Source: an uncultured virus (IMG/VR IMGVR_UViG_2199352004_000009)
Lineage: Duplodnaviria > Heunggongvirae > Uroviricota > Caudoviricetes
Strand: one strand, 5' to 3'
Virus record (IMG/VR): IMGVR_UViG_2199352004_000009
DNA: 64,000 bases
This document shows, piece after piece, positions 55,627 to 64,000 of the stretch. Below the pieces are notes generated by a model. That model was not told where the DNA came from and ran no database searches. It saw nothing but the letters and a program-made list of their open reading frames with translations. How positions within the stretch are numbered: position 1 is the stretch's first letter; every line of letters starts with the position of its first letter. A program made the translations under genes and the position numbers.

Positions 55627-58053
55627 ATGGGTGTTTCATCAGGACCAAGCAGTGTTAATAGTGCTCTCTATAACTATCATGTTTGCACTACTTCTGGCAC
55701 ATTCGTTCCTAACTTTAATGGTAACGTTGATTATCTTGTAGTCGCTGGAGGCGGTGGTGGTGGTATGGATATGGGTGGAGGAGGAGGAGGCGGTGGTGTT
55801 TTATCTGGAGTACTAGCTGTTACTGCAGGAGCATCATATACAGTATTGGTAGGCGCAGGAGGAAATGGTGCACCTGAAGGTGGTACTCAGGGGCAAGCTG
55901 ACGCACATCAATTTGGTGTGAATGCTACTCAAGGTGGAAATTCTGTATTTGGATCCATAACTGCCACAGGTGGTGGTTTTGGAGGTAGTAGTTATTATGG
56001 TTATACTCTAACTGGCGTTGGTGGTAATGGTGGTAGTGGAGGAGGTGCAACAGGATATACTGCAGGCGCCACAGTTTCTGGTGGAACTGGTATTTCAGGA
56101 CAGGGTAACCGTGGTGGAAATAGCGGAGGTGGATCATATTACTCTGGTGGTGGCGGTGGTGCTGGAGGAGCTGGTGGTGATGGACCTAATGAACCAAACG
56201 GTGGTGCTGGTGTATTAAATAGTATACTGGGCGTGAACTACTATTGGGGTGGAGGCGGTGGTGGATCTGGTTATTCAGATCGAGGTGGAGATGGCGGAAT
56301 CGGTGGTGGAGGTGGTGGTGCAATAGGGTATCAACCAGGCGGTGGATCTGCTCTTAACTCTGGTGAACCAGGTGGCGGTGGGCTACCAGGTACATGGGCT
56401 CAATGCGAAGGTGGTCATGGTGGTGCTAACACTGGTGGTGGTGGAGGCGGTGGTTCTCACTACATGAGAAATAATCGTGGTGGTAATGGTGGTTCAGGGC
56501 TTGTTGTTATTCGTTACTTAAAAACACAAGGGTTGTCTACATTTAACAATACTGGTGTAACACCGTTAAGTTCTCTAATTCTTTCAATAGACGCTGGTAA
56601 CCCAAAGTCTAGTTCGGTTGAGGTTTTAGTAGTCGCTGGTGGCGCTGGGGGTGGTATGGACATGGGTGGTGGCGGTGGTGCAGGAGGAGTAATCTATAAG
56701 AAGAATTATTCTGCTCCAATCAATGTGCCTATTGTAGTTACAGTTGGTGCTGGAGGTGCTGGATCACTTGGACCATATGGTGGTGGTCAGGCAGCTGGAT
56801 CATCTGGTGCTGATAGTATTTTTGGCAATCTTAGAGCAGTTGGTGGTGGAGGCGGTGGTAGTGGACATTATTTTACAGTATTAGGTGGTCAAGGTCAATC
56901 AGGTGGATCTGGTGGTGGAGATGCTACACAACATGGATATGGAAGACGAGGCGGTGGTGGATCTGGTATAGCTGGTCAAGGTTATAAAGGTGGTGGTCAA
57001 AGTTGGTTTGGTCAATATTCAGCTGGAGGCGGTGGCGGTGCTGGTCAACGAGGTGGAGGCGGTAGCGATAGCTATGGTGGTAAGGGTGGTCAAGGTTTCT
57101 TATCTGATATAAACGGTACATCTCTTTACTGGGGTGGAGGCGGTGGCGGTGGTGGTCACACTATTAGAGGTGGTGATGGAGGCTTGGGTGGTGGCGGTGG
57201 TGGTTCTGCATATGGCGGTTACACGCCTGGATCTGGTGGAGGAAGTGCACTCAATGCTGGTGCCAATGGAGTTGGTCAAAATAACGGGACTGGTGGTAAT
57301 GCTGGCGCAAACACTGGCGGTGGAGGTGGTGGCGGATCGCATTGGGATAGTGATGGAGGAAATGGAGGATCTGGTATCGTTATAGTTAGATACTACGGTT
57401 CACAAAGAGCAACTGGTGGAACTATAACATCTTCTGGTGGATATACAATTCATACGTTTACTAGCTCTGGAACTTTCACACCAACAGGGTTTTTAAATTG
57501 GGGCGACACTGCTAGCAATGATATAACTGGTATACCGTTTGGGGCAGTATATAATTCAAGTGATAGTGGATCTTTTTCTTTTGATAATGTAGATGATTAT
57601 ATTGATGTTATACCTTTTAATGCAACAACAATCACTAATTGTACTATTGAAGCATGGGTCTTTGACTCAAGTTCTGATACTAACTATAGATCGATAGTAC
57701 AAAATAATGTGGCTGGAGATGATGCATTATATGTTAATCCATCTAATTATCTTCAATGGTGGCCATCGACACAATCGACATTAACTGTTCCACGCAATCA
57801 GTGGGTTTATGTTGCAGCATCTCATACATATGGATCAGGAATATTATATCAAGTTAACGGAGATCAACAATTTATTGGTGGCACATTTGAAGATCCAACA
57901 GATTGGGATTTTATGAGAATTGGTGGACATAGTTCTGGTGACGGTGAACGATGGGGTGGAAGAATATCTGTAGTACGAGTACACAATCAAGCACTTAGTG
58001 CAAGTGATCTTACAAGAAACTTTCAATCATTAAGAAGTCGATATGGCATATAA
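55627..58053 (+). CDS. glycine-rich protein (two Gly-rich domains) with C-terminal LamG domain
   Basis: Duplicated VVAGGGGGGMDMGGGGG...GGSGIVIVRY units; ends NFQSLRSRYGI. Confidence 0.75.
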   Translation: MGVSSGPSSVNSALYNYHVCTTSGTFVPNFNGNVDYLVVAGGGGGGMDMGGGGGGGGVLSGVLAVTAGASYTVLVGAGGNGAPEGGTQGQADAHQFGVNATQGGNSVFGSITATGGGFGGSSYYGYTLTGVGGNGGSGGGATGYTAGATVSGGTGISGQGNRGGNSGGGSYYSGGGGGAGGAGGDGPNEPNGGAGVLNSILGVNYYWGGGGGGSGYSDRGGDGGIGGGGGGAIGYQPGGGSALNSGEPGGGGLPGTWAQCEGGHGGANTGGGGGGGSHYMRNNRGGNGGSGLVVIRYLKTQGLSTFNNTGVTPLSSLILSIDAGNPKSSSVEVLVVAGGAGGGMDMGGGGGAGGVIYKKNYSAPINVPIVVTVGAGGAGSLGPYGGGQAAGSSGADSIFGNLRAVGGGGGGSGHYFTVLGGQGQSGGSGGGDATQHGYGRRGGGGSGIAGQGYKGGGQSWFGQYSAGGGGGAGQRGGGGSDSYGGKGGQGFLSDINGTSLYWGGGGGGGGHTIRGGDGGLGGGGGGSAYGGYTPGSGGGSALNAGANGVGQNNGTGGNAGANTGGGGGGGSHWDSDGGNGGSGIVIVRYYGSQRATGGTITSSGGYTIHTFTSSGTFTPTGFLNWGDTASNDITGIPFGAVYNSSDSGSFSFDNVDDYIDVIPFNATTITNCTIEAWVFDSSSDTNYRSIVQNNVAGDDALYVNPSNYLQWWPSTQSTLTVPRNQWVYVAASHTYGSGILYQVNGDQQFIGGTFEDPTDWDFMRIGGHSSGDGERWGGRISVVRVHNQALSASDLTRNFQSLRSRYGI

Positions 58054-58060
58054 TAGAAAC

Positions 58061-58068
58061 TATAAATA
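58061..58068 (+). promoter_or_regulatory. T4-type late promoter
   Basis: TATAAATA upstream of gp13. Confidence 0.7.
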
Positions 58069-58095
58069 TAACAAAGAATCTACCTAAGGTAAATA

Positions 58096-58833
58096 ATGCC
58101 AGTTACCACTAAAGAACAACTAAAAGAATATTGCCTGCGTGCATTGGGTGCACCTGTGCTTGAAATTAACGTAGATGACGAACAACTAGAAGATCGCATC
58201 GAAGAAGCATTAGAATATTGGAGACAATATCACCCAGATGGTGTTGAGAAAGTTTATTTAAAACACCAAGTTACTGCGCAAAATATAACAAATAAGTACA
58301 TAGAATTCCCAGATCTAGTGTATGGTATCATTCGTGTGATTCCATACAATCAAGGATCCTCATCTAAGAATCTATTTGATCTGCAATATCAACTTAGACT
58401 AAACGACTTATATGATCTAACATCAACTTCACTAATCTATTACAAAACTGTAATGAGTCACTTGGCTCTACTAGATTTAGAGTTGAACGGGGCGACTATG
58501 TTTAGATTCAACCGTAGACAGAATAGGTTATACTTAGATATCAACTGGGAAAGTGATATCATTGTAAATGAATTCGTAGTAGTAGAAGCATATCGTGCTC
58601 TTGATCCAGCTGAATATAGCAAAGTTTGGAATGAATCCTGGCTAAAGCACTATGTGACAGCACTATTTAAAAAGCAGTGGGCTGTAAACCTTAAAAAGTT
58701 TCAAGGTCTACAGTTGCCAGGTGGTGTTACACTGGATGGTAATGGTTTGTATGACGAAGCCACTAAAGAAATTGATGACTTAGAGAATGACTTAATGACT
58801 AAGTCTGCACCTTTGGATTTCTTCCTAGGATAA
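58096..58833 (+). CDS. gp13: neck protein gp13
   Basis: LKEYCLRALGAPVLEINVDDEQ and KQWAVNLKKFQGLQLPGGVTLDG. Confidence 0.93.
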   Translation: MPVTTKEQLKEYCLRALGAPVLEINVDDEQLEDRIEEALEYWRQYHPDGVEKVYLKHQVTAQNITNKYIEFPDLVYGIIRVIPYNQGSSSKNLFDLQYQLRLNDLYDLTSTSLIYYKTVMSHLALLDLELNGATMFRFNRRQNRLYLDINWESDIIVNEFVVVEAYRALDPAEYSKVWNESWLKHYVTALFKKQWAVNLKKFQGLQLPGGVTLDGNGLYDEATKEIDDLENDLMTKSAPLDFFLG

Positions 58834-58834
58834 T

Positions 58835-59833
58835 ATGGCAAGAAATGTCTACTTCTCTCATGGAACTAAAAACGAACAGTTCCTTATAGAGGATATTATC
58901 GTTGAATCACTTGCCATTTATGGGCAAGACTTTTACTACATTCCAAGAACACTTGTTTCTAAAGATAACATTCTTGGAGAAGATCGCTTAAGTGAATTTA
59001 AGACAGCGTATCCAATTGAAATGTATTTAGAAAATTCTGATGGATTCGAGGGTCAAGGTGCATTTATGCAAAAGTTCGGCTTAATGGTTGAACAGACAGC
59101 AACACTAACAATGGCTAGACGTCGTTGGGAACAGTTAGTTGGACGTTGGGGTCAAACGATTTTACCAAACCGTCCATGCGAAGGGGACTTGCTATACTTT
59201 CCACTCTCAAAAGGATTGTTTGAGATTAAGTTTGTTCAGCATCAAGATCCATTCTATCAGCTAGGCAAGCTGTATGTATATAAGTTGCAAGTTGAATTGT
59301 TCCAATACTCTTCAGAACGTATCGATACTGGCGTAGAAGAAATTGATGCGTTTGAGACTTTGAAGACTTTTACAACAGATACTACACGATCTCAATATGG
59401 TGAAGTTCTTTCTATAAATGTAACATCTCGTGGAAGTGATTATACAACAACTCCAACAGTTACAATTTCTGGAGGTGGTGGAACAGGTGCTACTGCACAG
59501 GCAGTTCTTGGAACTGGCGTCAATGCAAATAAGGTAGTTTCTGTTGTTGTAACAAATGGCGGTGCTGGTTATGAAACTTTACCAACTGTTACTATTGCAG
59601 GTAATGCAAAAGCAGTTGCAGTTGTAGGTACTATTATTGATAACGTAGACTCGTTTGGTGATAATAACTCATTCAAGCAAGAAGGCTCTAACTATATTTT
59701 GAATGAGTCAAACCCATTTGGTGATGTTTCAAATTATATCATGCCGAGTGTCACACCAGCCCCAGTATACTTAACAACTGCAGATTCAATAGCATATACT
59801 GCAGATCGATCAATAACAGCAGATGCAGGATAA
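58835..59833 (+). CDS. gp14: neck protein gp14
   Basis: EQFLIEDIIVESL.IYG, RPCEGDLLYFP and PFYQLGK. Confidence 0.92.
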   Translation: MARNVYFSHGTKNEQFLIEDIIVESLAIYGQDFYYIPRTLVSKDNILGEDRLSEFKTAYPIEMYLENSDGFEGQGAFMQKFGLMVEQTATLTMARRRWEQLVGRWGQTILPNRPCEGDLLYFPLSKGLFEIKFVQHQDPFYQLGKLYVYKLQVELFQYSSERIDTGVEEIDAFETLKTFTTDTTRSQYGEVLSINVTSRGSDYTTTPTVTISGGGGTGATAQAVLGTGVNANKVVSVVVTNGGAGYETLPTVTIAGNAKAVAVVGTIIDNVDSFGDNNSFKQEGSNYILNESNPFGDVSNYIMPSVTPAPVYLTTADSIAYTADRSITADAG

Positions 59834-59842
59834 GGATAAAAA

Positions 59843-60229
59843 ATGCCTAAACAAGTAATAGGAATTGGTTTAGCAGTTAATGATGGAACTGGTGATCCAC
59901 TAAGAACAGCGTTTACTAAGACTAATGCAAACTTTACAGAGTTGTATGATTCTGTTGCAACGAAACAAGCTGCGGATGCCGACTTAACTGCAATCGCTGC
60001 ACTAGCTGGTACTACTGGTTTCCTAAAGAAATCAGCAGCAAATACATGGGCACTTGATACTAGCACTTATTTGACTGGTATAACTTCAGGTAATGTCACT
60101 ACTGCATTAGGATTCACTCCATATAATGCAACTAACCCAAGTGGTTATATAAGTCTGTCATCATTAAAAACTGTTGTTGCTGCTTCAACCGATTTTGCTA
60201 ATTTTAAAACTAGAATTGCTGCTCTATAA
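59843..60229 (+). CDS. small structural protein with gp9/gp10-like N-terminal motif
   Basis: IGIG..VNDGTGDPLRTAFTKTNANFTELY. Confidence 0.6.
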   Translation: MPKQVIGIGLAVNDGTGDPLRTAFTKTNANFTELYDSVATKQAADADLTAIAALAGTTGFLKKSAANTWALDTSTYLTGITSGNVTTALGFTPYNATNPSGYISLSSLKTVVAASTDFANFKTRIAAL

Positions 60230-60975
60230 TGCTAAACAATAACGTATTCTATCACGGAATAATTCGAAAAACTATTGTAGTTTTCGGATCTCTATTCAGT
60301 TCGATTTATATTGATCGAAAAGAAGGCGACTCTGTGGCAGGAACTACTGTTCAGCGATTACAAGTGCCGCTGGCTTATGCTCCCAAAGAAAAGTGGCTGA
60401 TTCGTTTAGAACAAGATCCAGATCTATCTGGTAATGTGTATGCATCTTTACCAAGAATGTCCTTTGAAATTCTTGGCTATACATATGACGCATCCCGCAA
60501 AACAAACAGAATGCAAAAGATAGTTTGTGGTAATGGCGTAGACAGTATGAATTTTGTATATTCTCCATCACCATATAATATTGAAATATCCTTGTATATT
60601 CTAACAAAGACTCAAGAAGATGGCTTACAAATCATCGAGCAAATACTTCCAACCTTTACTCCAGAATACACTCTTTCTGTAAAAGTGTTACCTGAAATGA
60701 ACATCATTCAAGATGTTCCTGTTATATTAAATTCAGTTAGTGTTCAAGATGATTATGATGGTGATTTTCAAACTCGTAGATTCGTTACACATACTTTGAA
60801 CTTTACACTGAAGACTAATCTGTATGGTGCTGTTGAAAATAATAAAGTTATTGCAGAAGCAGGAGTCAATTTGTCAGAAAATCCAGATGGGTCTTCGCCT
60901 TATAAAACATATAATGCAACTGGTAACTCTAGCACATCTACAGTTACGAATGAAAGCTGGATTGATAATTTCTAA
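60229..60975 (+). CDS. gp15: tail sheath stabilizer / terminator gp15
   Basis: FYHGIIRKTIVVFGSLF, VPLAYAPKEKW, LPRMSFE and QIIEQILPTF.P. Confidence 0.93.
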   Translation: MLNNNVFYHGIIRKTIVVFGSLFSSIYIDRKEGDSVAGTTVQRLQVPLAYAPKEKWLIRLEQDPDLSGNVYASLPRMSFEILGYTYDASRKTNRMQKIVCGNGVDSMNFVYSPSPYNIEISLYILTKTQEDGLQIIEQILPTFTPEYTLSVKVLPEMNIIQDVPVILNSVSVQDDYDGDFQTRRFVTHTLNFTLKTNLYGAVENNKVIAEAGVNLSENPDGSSPYKTYNATGNSSTSTVTNESWIDNF

Positions 60976-62555
60976 TGGCTGAAACTGGCTATAACGCTAA
61001 TCCCAATTTAAAACCCATCGGTGTATCGATACAGTTCGATGAGGAACAGGTACAAGAATACTATAAGTGTTCTCAAGATCCTGTATATTTTATTGATAAC
61101 TACTGCTACATCGTAACGATTGACCACGGTCTTCAACCATTCAAGCTATACGACTGTCAGAAAGAAAAGGTTGAGTTTATACACTCCAACCGTAAGACTA
61201 TTCTTATGGAGGGTCGTCAGCAAGGCAAAACTACTACATCTGCTGCATATATTCTTTGGTATACGATCTTTAATGAATCAAAGAACGTAGCGATTCTGGC
61301 AAACAAAGCATCAACTTCTCGTGAAATTCTTTCACGTTACCAGCTTATGTATGAGAATCTACCAATCTGGATGCAGCAAGGTATCAAGACATGGAACAAA
61401 GGTGACATTGAACTAGAAAATGGATCTAAAGTATTTACTGCTGCTACAACTGCAGCTGGTATTCGTTCTAAGTCTGTTAACTTACTATACATCGACGAAG
61501 CTGCGATCATTCCAAACACAGTGGCTGAGCAATTCTTTACATCTGTTTACCCTACTATTTCTGCGGGTACTACTTCTAAGATTCTTATCACTTCTACTCC
61601 ACTTGGTTATAACCACTTTTGGAAGTTCTGGAACGATGCTGAGAATGGTCGAAATGACTTTAAGTCTATGTTTATTCCCTATTGGAAAATTCCTGGGCGT
61701 GACGAAAAGTGGGCACTTGAACAGAAACGTCAGCTTGGTGATCTCAAGTATAATCAAGAGGTTCTATGTAAGTTCCTTGGTTCTGCACTAACTCTAATTA
61801 ACGCAGACGTTATTGCACGACTGTCTTACAATAACGCAATCTTTAGTAATGAAGGTTTGGACGTTTATAAGAAACCAACCAGAGATCATACATATGTGAT
61901 TGTGGCAGACGTAGCAAAGGGTGTAGGTGGCGACTATTCAGCATTCTGTGTAGTTGATATTACTGCAGCACCCTATGAAGTTATAGCTAAATATAGAAAC
62001 AATAACATCAGTCCATTGTTGTACCCTAACGTAATCTACAAAGTTGCAAAAGAATATAACAACGCTTATGTTTTACTAGAAACCAATATATCTGAACAAG
62101 TGGCACACATCCTCTATCAAGAATTAGAGTATGAAAACATGCTGTTTGTTTCTAGAGCAGGTGGATCCCAGCATGTATCTGGTGGATTCGCTGGCTCTAC
62201 TTTACAATATGGAGTTGTGACTGACAAAAAGGTTAAACGAGTTGGATGTCATAACTTTAAGTCTCTTGTAGAAGAGAATAAACTACTTATTATGGATGCT
62301 GATATCATCTCTGAGATATCGACATTTATCGAGACGAAGAATAGCTACGAAGCGGATGACGGATACCACGATGACTTAGTCATGTGTTTAGTTTTATTCA
62401 GCTGGTTAACTTCGAATGCGTATTTTAAAGACCTAAATAATATTAATCTAAGGCAATTAATGTACGATGAGAAAATTAAAGCTATAGAAGAACAGTTGAC
62501 GCCGTTTGGATTTTATAACGACGGCAATGATACAGAAACTCTCTACAATTTTTAA
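60975..62555 (+). CDS. gp17: terminase large subunit gp17
   Basis: Walker A RQQGKTT, Walker B LLYIDEAA, TSTPLG, nuclease DVAKG..DYS and HDDLVM. Confidence 0.96.
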   Translation: MAETGYNANPNLKPIGVSIQFDEEQVQEYYKCSQDPVYFIDNYCYIVTIDHGLQPFKLYDCQKEKVEFIHSNRKTILMEGRQQGKTTTSAAYILWYTIFNESKNVAILANKASTSREILSRYQLMYENLPIWMQQGIKTWNKGDIELENGSKVFTAATTAAGIRSKSVNLLYIDEAAIIPNTVAEQFFTSVYPTISAGTTSKILITSTPLGYNHFWKFWNDAENGRNDFKSMFIPYWKIPGRDEKWALEQKRQLGDLKYNQEVLCKFLGSALTLINADVIARLSYNNAIFSNEGLDVYKKPTRDHTYVIVADVAKGVGGDYSAFCVVDITAAPYEVIAKYRNNNISPLLYPNVIYKVAKEYNNAYVLLETNISEQVAHILYQELEYENMLFVSRAGGSQHVSGGFAGSTLQYGVVTDKKVKRVGCHNFKSLVEENKLLIMDADIISEISTFIETKNSYEADDGYHDDLVMCLVLFSWLTSNAYFKDLNNINLRQLMYDEKIKAIEEQLTPFGFYNDGNDTETLYNF

Positions 62556-62567
62556 AATCTGAAAATA

Positions 62568-62575
62568 GATAAATA
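62568..62575 (+). promoter_or_regulatory. T4-type late promoter (variant)
   Basis: GATAAATA upstream of gp18. Confidence 0.55.
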
Positions 62576-62632
62576 AGTTGTAGGCTGGCGCCTAAAAGCG
62601 CATAATGATAAAACAAGGCAAGGAGAAAATAC

Positions 62633-64000
62633 ATGGCTAATTTATTAAGTCCAGGCGTGCAAGTAATAGAGAAGGATCTAACTCAGATCGTTCCTAAAGT
62701 TTCTACTTCACGTGGAGCATACTCTGGAAGATTTAACTGGGGACCAGTACTGGATCCACAGTTGGTGTCTAATGAACCTGAGTTGGTAACCGTATTCGGT
62801 AAACCAAACAATGACACATACGAGTCTTTCTTTACCGCAGCAAACTTTCTGCAATACTCTAATAGTATGTACGTTAACCGTGCAGACTCTGCTAACCTAA
62901 AGAATGCAGTTGCAAAACCATCATCTAGTGTTGAGAGTATCACTCTTGTAACTGCTGGTGCTGGTTATACTAGCAATCCAACAGTACAGATAAGCGCACC
63001 AGATACATTTGACGGACAACAAGCAATTGCAGTTGCAGTGCGTCAAGGTGCTGGCGTTCTGGTCGAAGCCGCTGGCGGTTCAAACTATTTACCAGTCAGC
63101 TTAATCACTGCTGCTGGTACTGGTTTCACTGTTGGTATGAAGGTTTTGTTCAGCGCACCACAGCAAACCATAGACGTTACTGATGATAACGGTGTTGTTA
63201 CACAACAAGTAATTACAGCTCTAGGTGAAGTTGCAGAACTTACCGTTGGTACTGGTATTGCAAAAATTAAAATTACCAACATTGGTGCTGGTTATACAGC
63301 TCCAGCTACTGTAATTGGTATTACCAATCCAGACGGATCTACTGTTAATATTAACACATTCACGCACGACCCAATTCCAGTTGGAACATCTGTTCTAAAA
63401 TCAATCAACGTAACTGTTGAAGGTTCTGGTTACACTAGCGTTCCAACTGTTACTATTACTGGTGGCGGTGGTTCTACGCAAGCAACAGGTACAGCTGTTA
63501 TTTTACCAGTTGGTATTAAGATTCGTAACAAGAATCACTATGAGCAAACCTATATTGACGGACAAGGTAACTTTGGTCCAGTAGCGGCAAAGTATGCAGG
63601 TTCATTGGGTAACTCATTGCTGTTTGCAATGGCAGATAGTGCCACTTATGACACTACTGTTGATGGTCGTTTCTTTGCAAGAACTCGTGTTGAGCGTTTT
63701 GAATCTAATACAGAAATCTCTAGAGTACGTAGAGTGATCACAGCGGCATTCCCTGGTTCTTCAGCAACATCTACGTTCACTGCAGCTTCTTCTACCTTTG
63801 TTGGTAAAGTTGTAAGAACTTCTGCTTCTAACACAAGAGAATCTGGTGCCGCTGGTGGTAATCAATCTTATGCTAACATTGAGTTAGGATTAGTTCGTTC
63901 AGTAGAAGCTGGTACTTTTATTAAAGTTACATTAGCTAAAGTTAATCCATACTTAAAGGGTGTTCCAAACACTCCATTCGTTACTCCTGTACTGGCAAAT
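62633..64000 (+). CDS. gp18: tail sheath protein gp18 (3'-truncated by window end)
   Basis: Not in the track because there is no stop in the window. SD AAGGAG; MANLLSPGVQVIEKDLT..GRFNWGPV..FGKP..FFTAANFLQYS; AKYAGSLGNSL. Confidence 0.93.
   Translation, partial: MANLLSPGVQVIEKDLTQIVPKVSTSRGAYSGRFNWGPVLDPQLVSNEPELVTVFGKPNNDTYESFFTAANFLQYSNSMYVNRADSANLKNAVAKPSSSVESITLVTAGAGYTSNPTVQISAPDTFDGQQAIAVAVRQGAGVLVEAAGGSNYLPVSLITAAGTGFTVGMKVLFSAPQQTIDVTDDNGVVTQQVITALGEVAELTVGTGIAKIKITNIGAGYTAPATVIGITNPDGSTVNINTFTHDPIPVGTSVLKSINVTVEGSGYTSVPTVTITGGGGSTQATGTAVILPVGIKIRNKNHYEQTYIDGQGNFGPVAAKYAGSLGNSLLFAMADSATYDTTVDGRFFARTRVERFESNTEISRVRRVITAAFPGSSATSTFTAASSTFVGKVVRTSASNTRESGAAGGNQSYANIELGLVRSVEAGTFIKVTLAKVNPYLKGVPNTPFVTPVLAN

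Noticed and set aside
60975..62555. Possible intron or intein in the terminase
   Set aside because: gp17 is continuous and of normal length, with no intein or homing endonuclease motifs seen.
1..64000. Stop-codon reassignment
   Set aside because: Core genes are full length in the standard code and coding density is high.

Overview
This window is a 64-kb segment of a large T4-like (myovirus) phage genome in the standard genetic code. The host is probably a Proteobacterium, inferred from the ssrA tag and sigma70-type promoters. In order it contains: (1) an AT-rich accessory cluster (Asn-synthetase-like fragment, GNAT, three 2OG-Fe(II)-oxygenase-like genes); (2) a PD-(D/E)XK exonuclease, a circularly permuted two-piece tmRNA gene, a SleB-like hydrolase, ClpP, gp33, gp59 and gp32; (3) a minus-strand block (tape-measure-like, gp51-like, gp26-like, gp16, holin-like, gp54, gp2, gp4); (4) the plus-strand baseplate, fibre, neck and packaging block (gp48, gp53, hub, gp5, PAAR, gp25, gp6, gp7, gp8, VrlC-like, several fibres and LamG/Gly-rich proteins, gp13, gp14, gp15, gp17, start of gp18). 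Two signals stand out, and both are missing from the ORF track. First, the intervening segment of the permuted tmRNA is filled almost exactly by a 52-codon ORF whose putative Shine-Dalgarno is locked in a helix that extends the acceptor stem. Second, a U8 slippery run at the end of the gp26-like gene would fuse it by -1 frameshift to the gp51-like frame directly upstream of the tape-measure-like gene, resembling lambda G/GT/H. All product calls come from motif recognition and synteny, not database searches.
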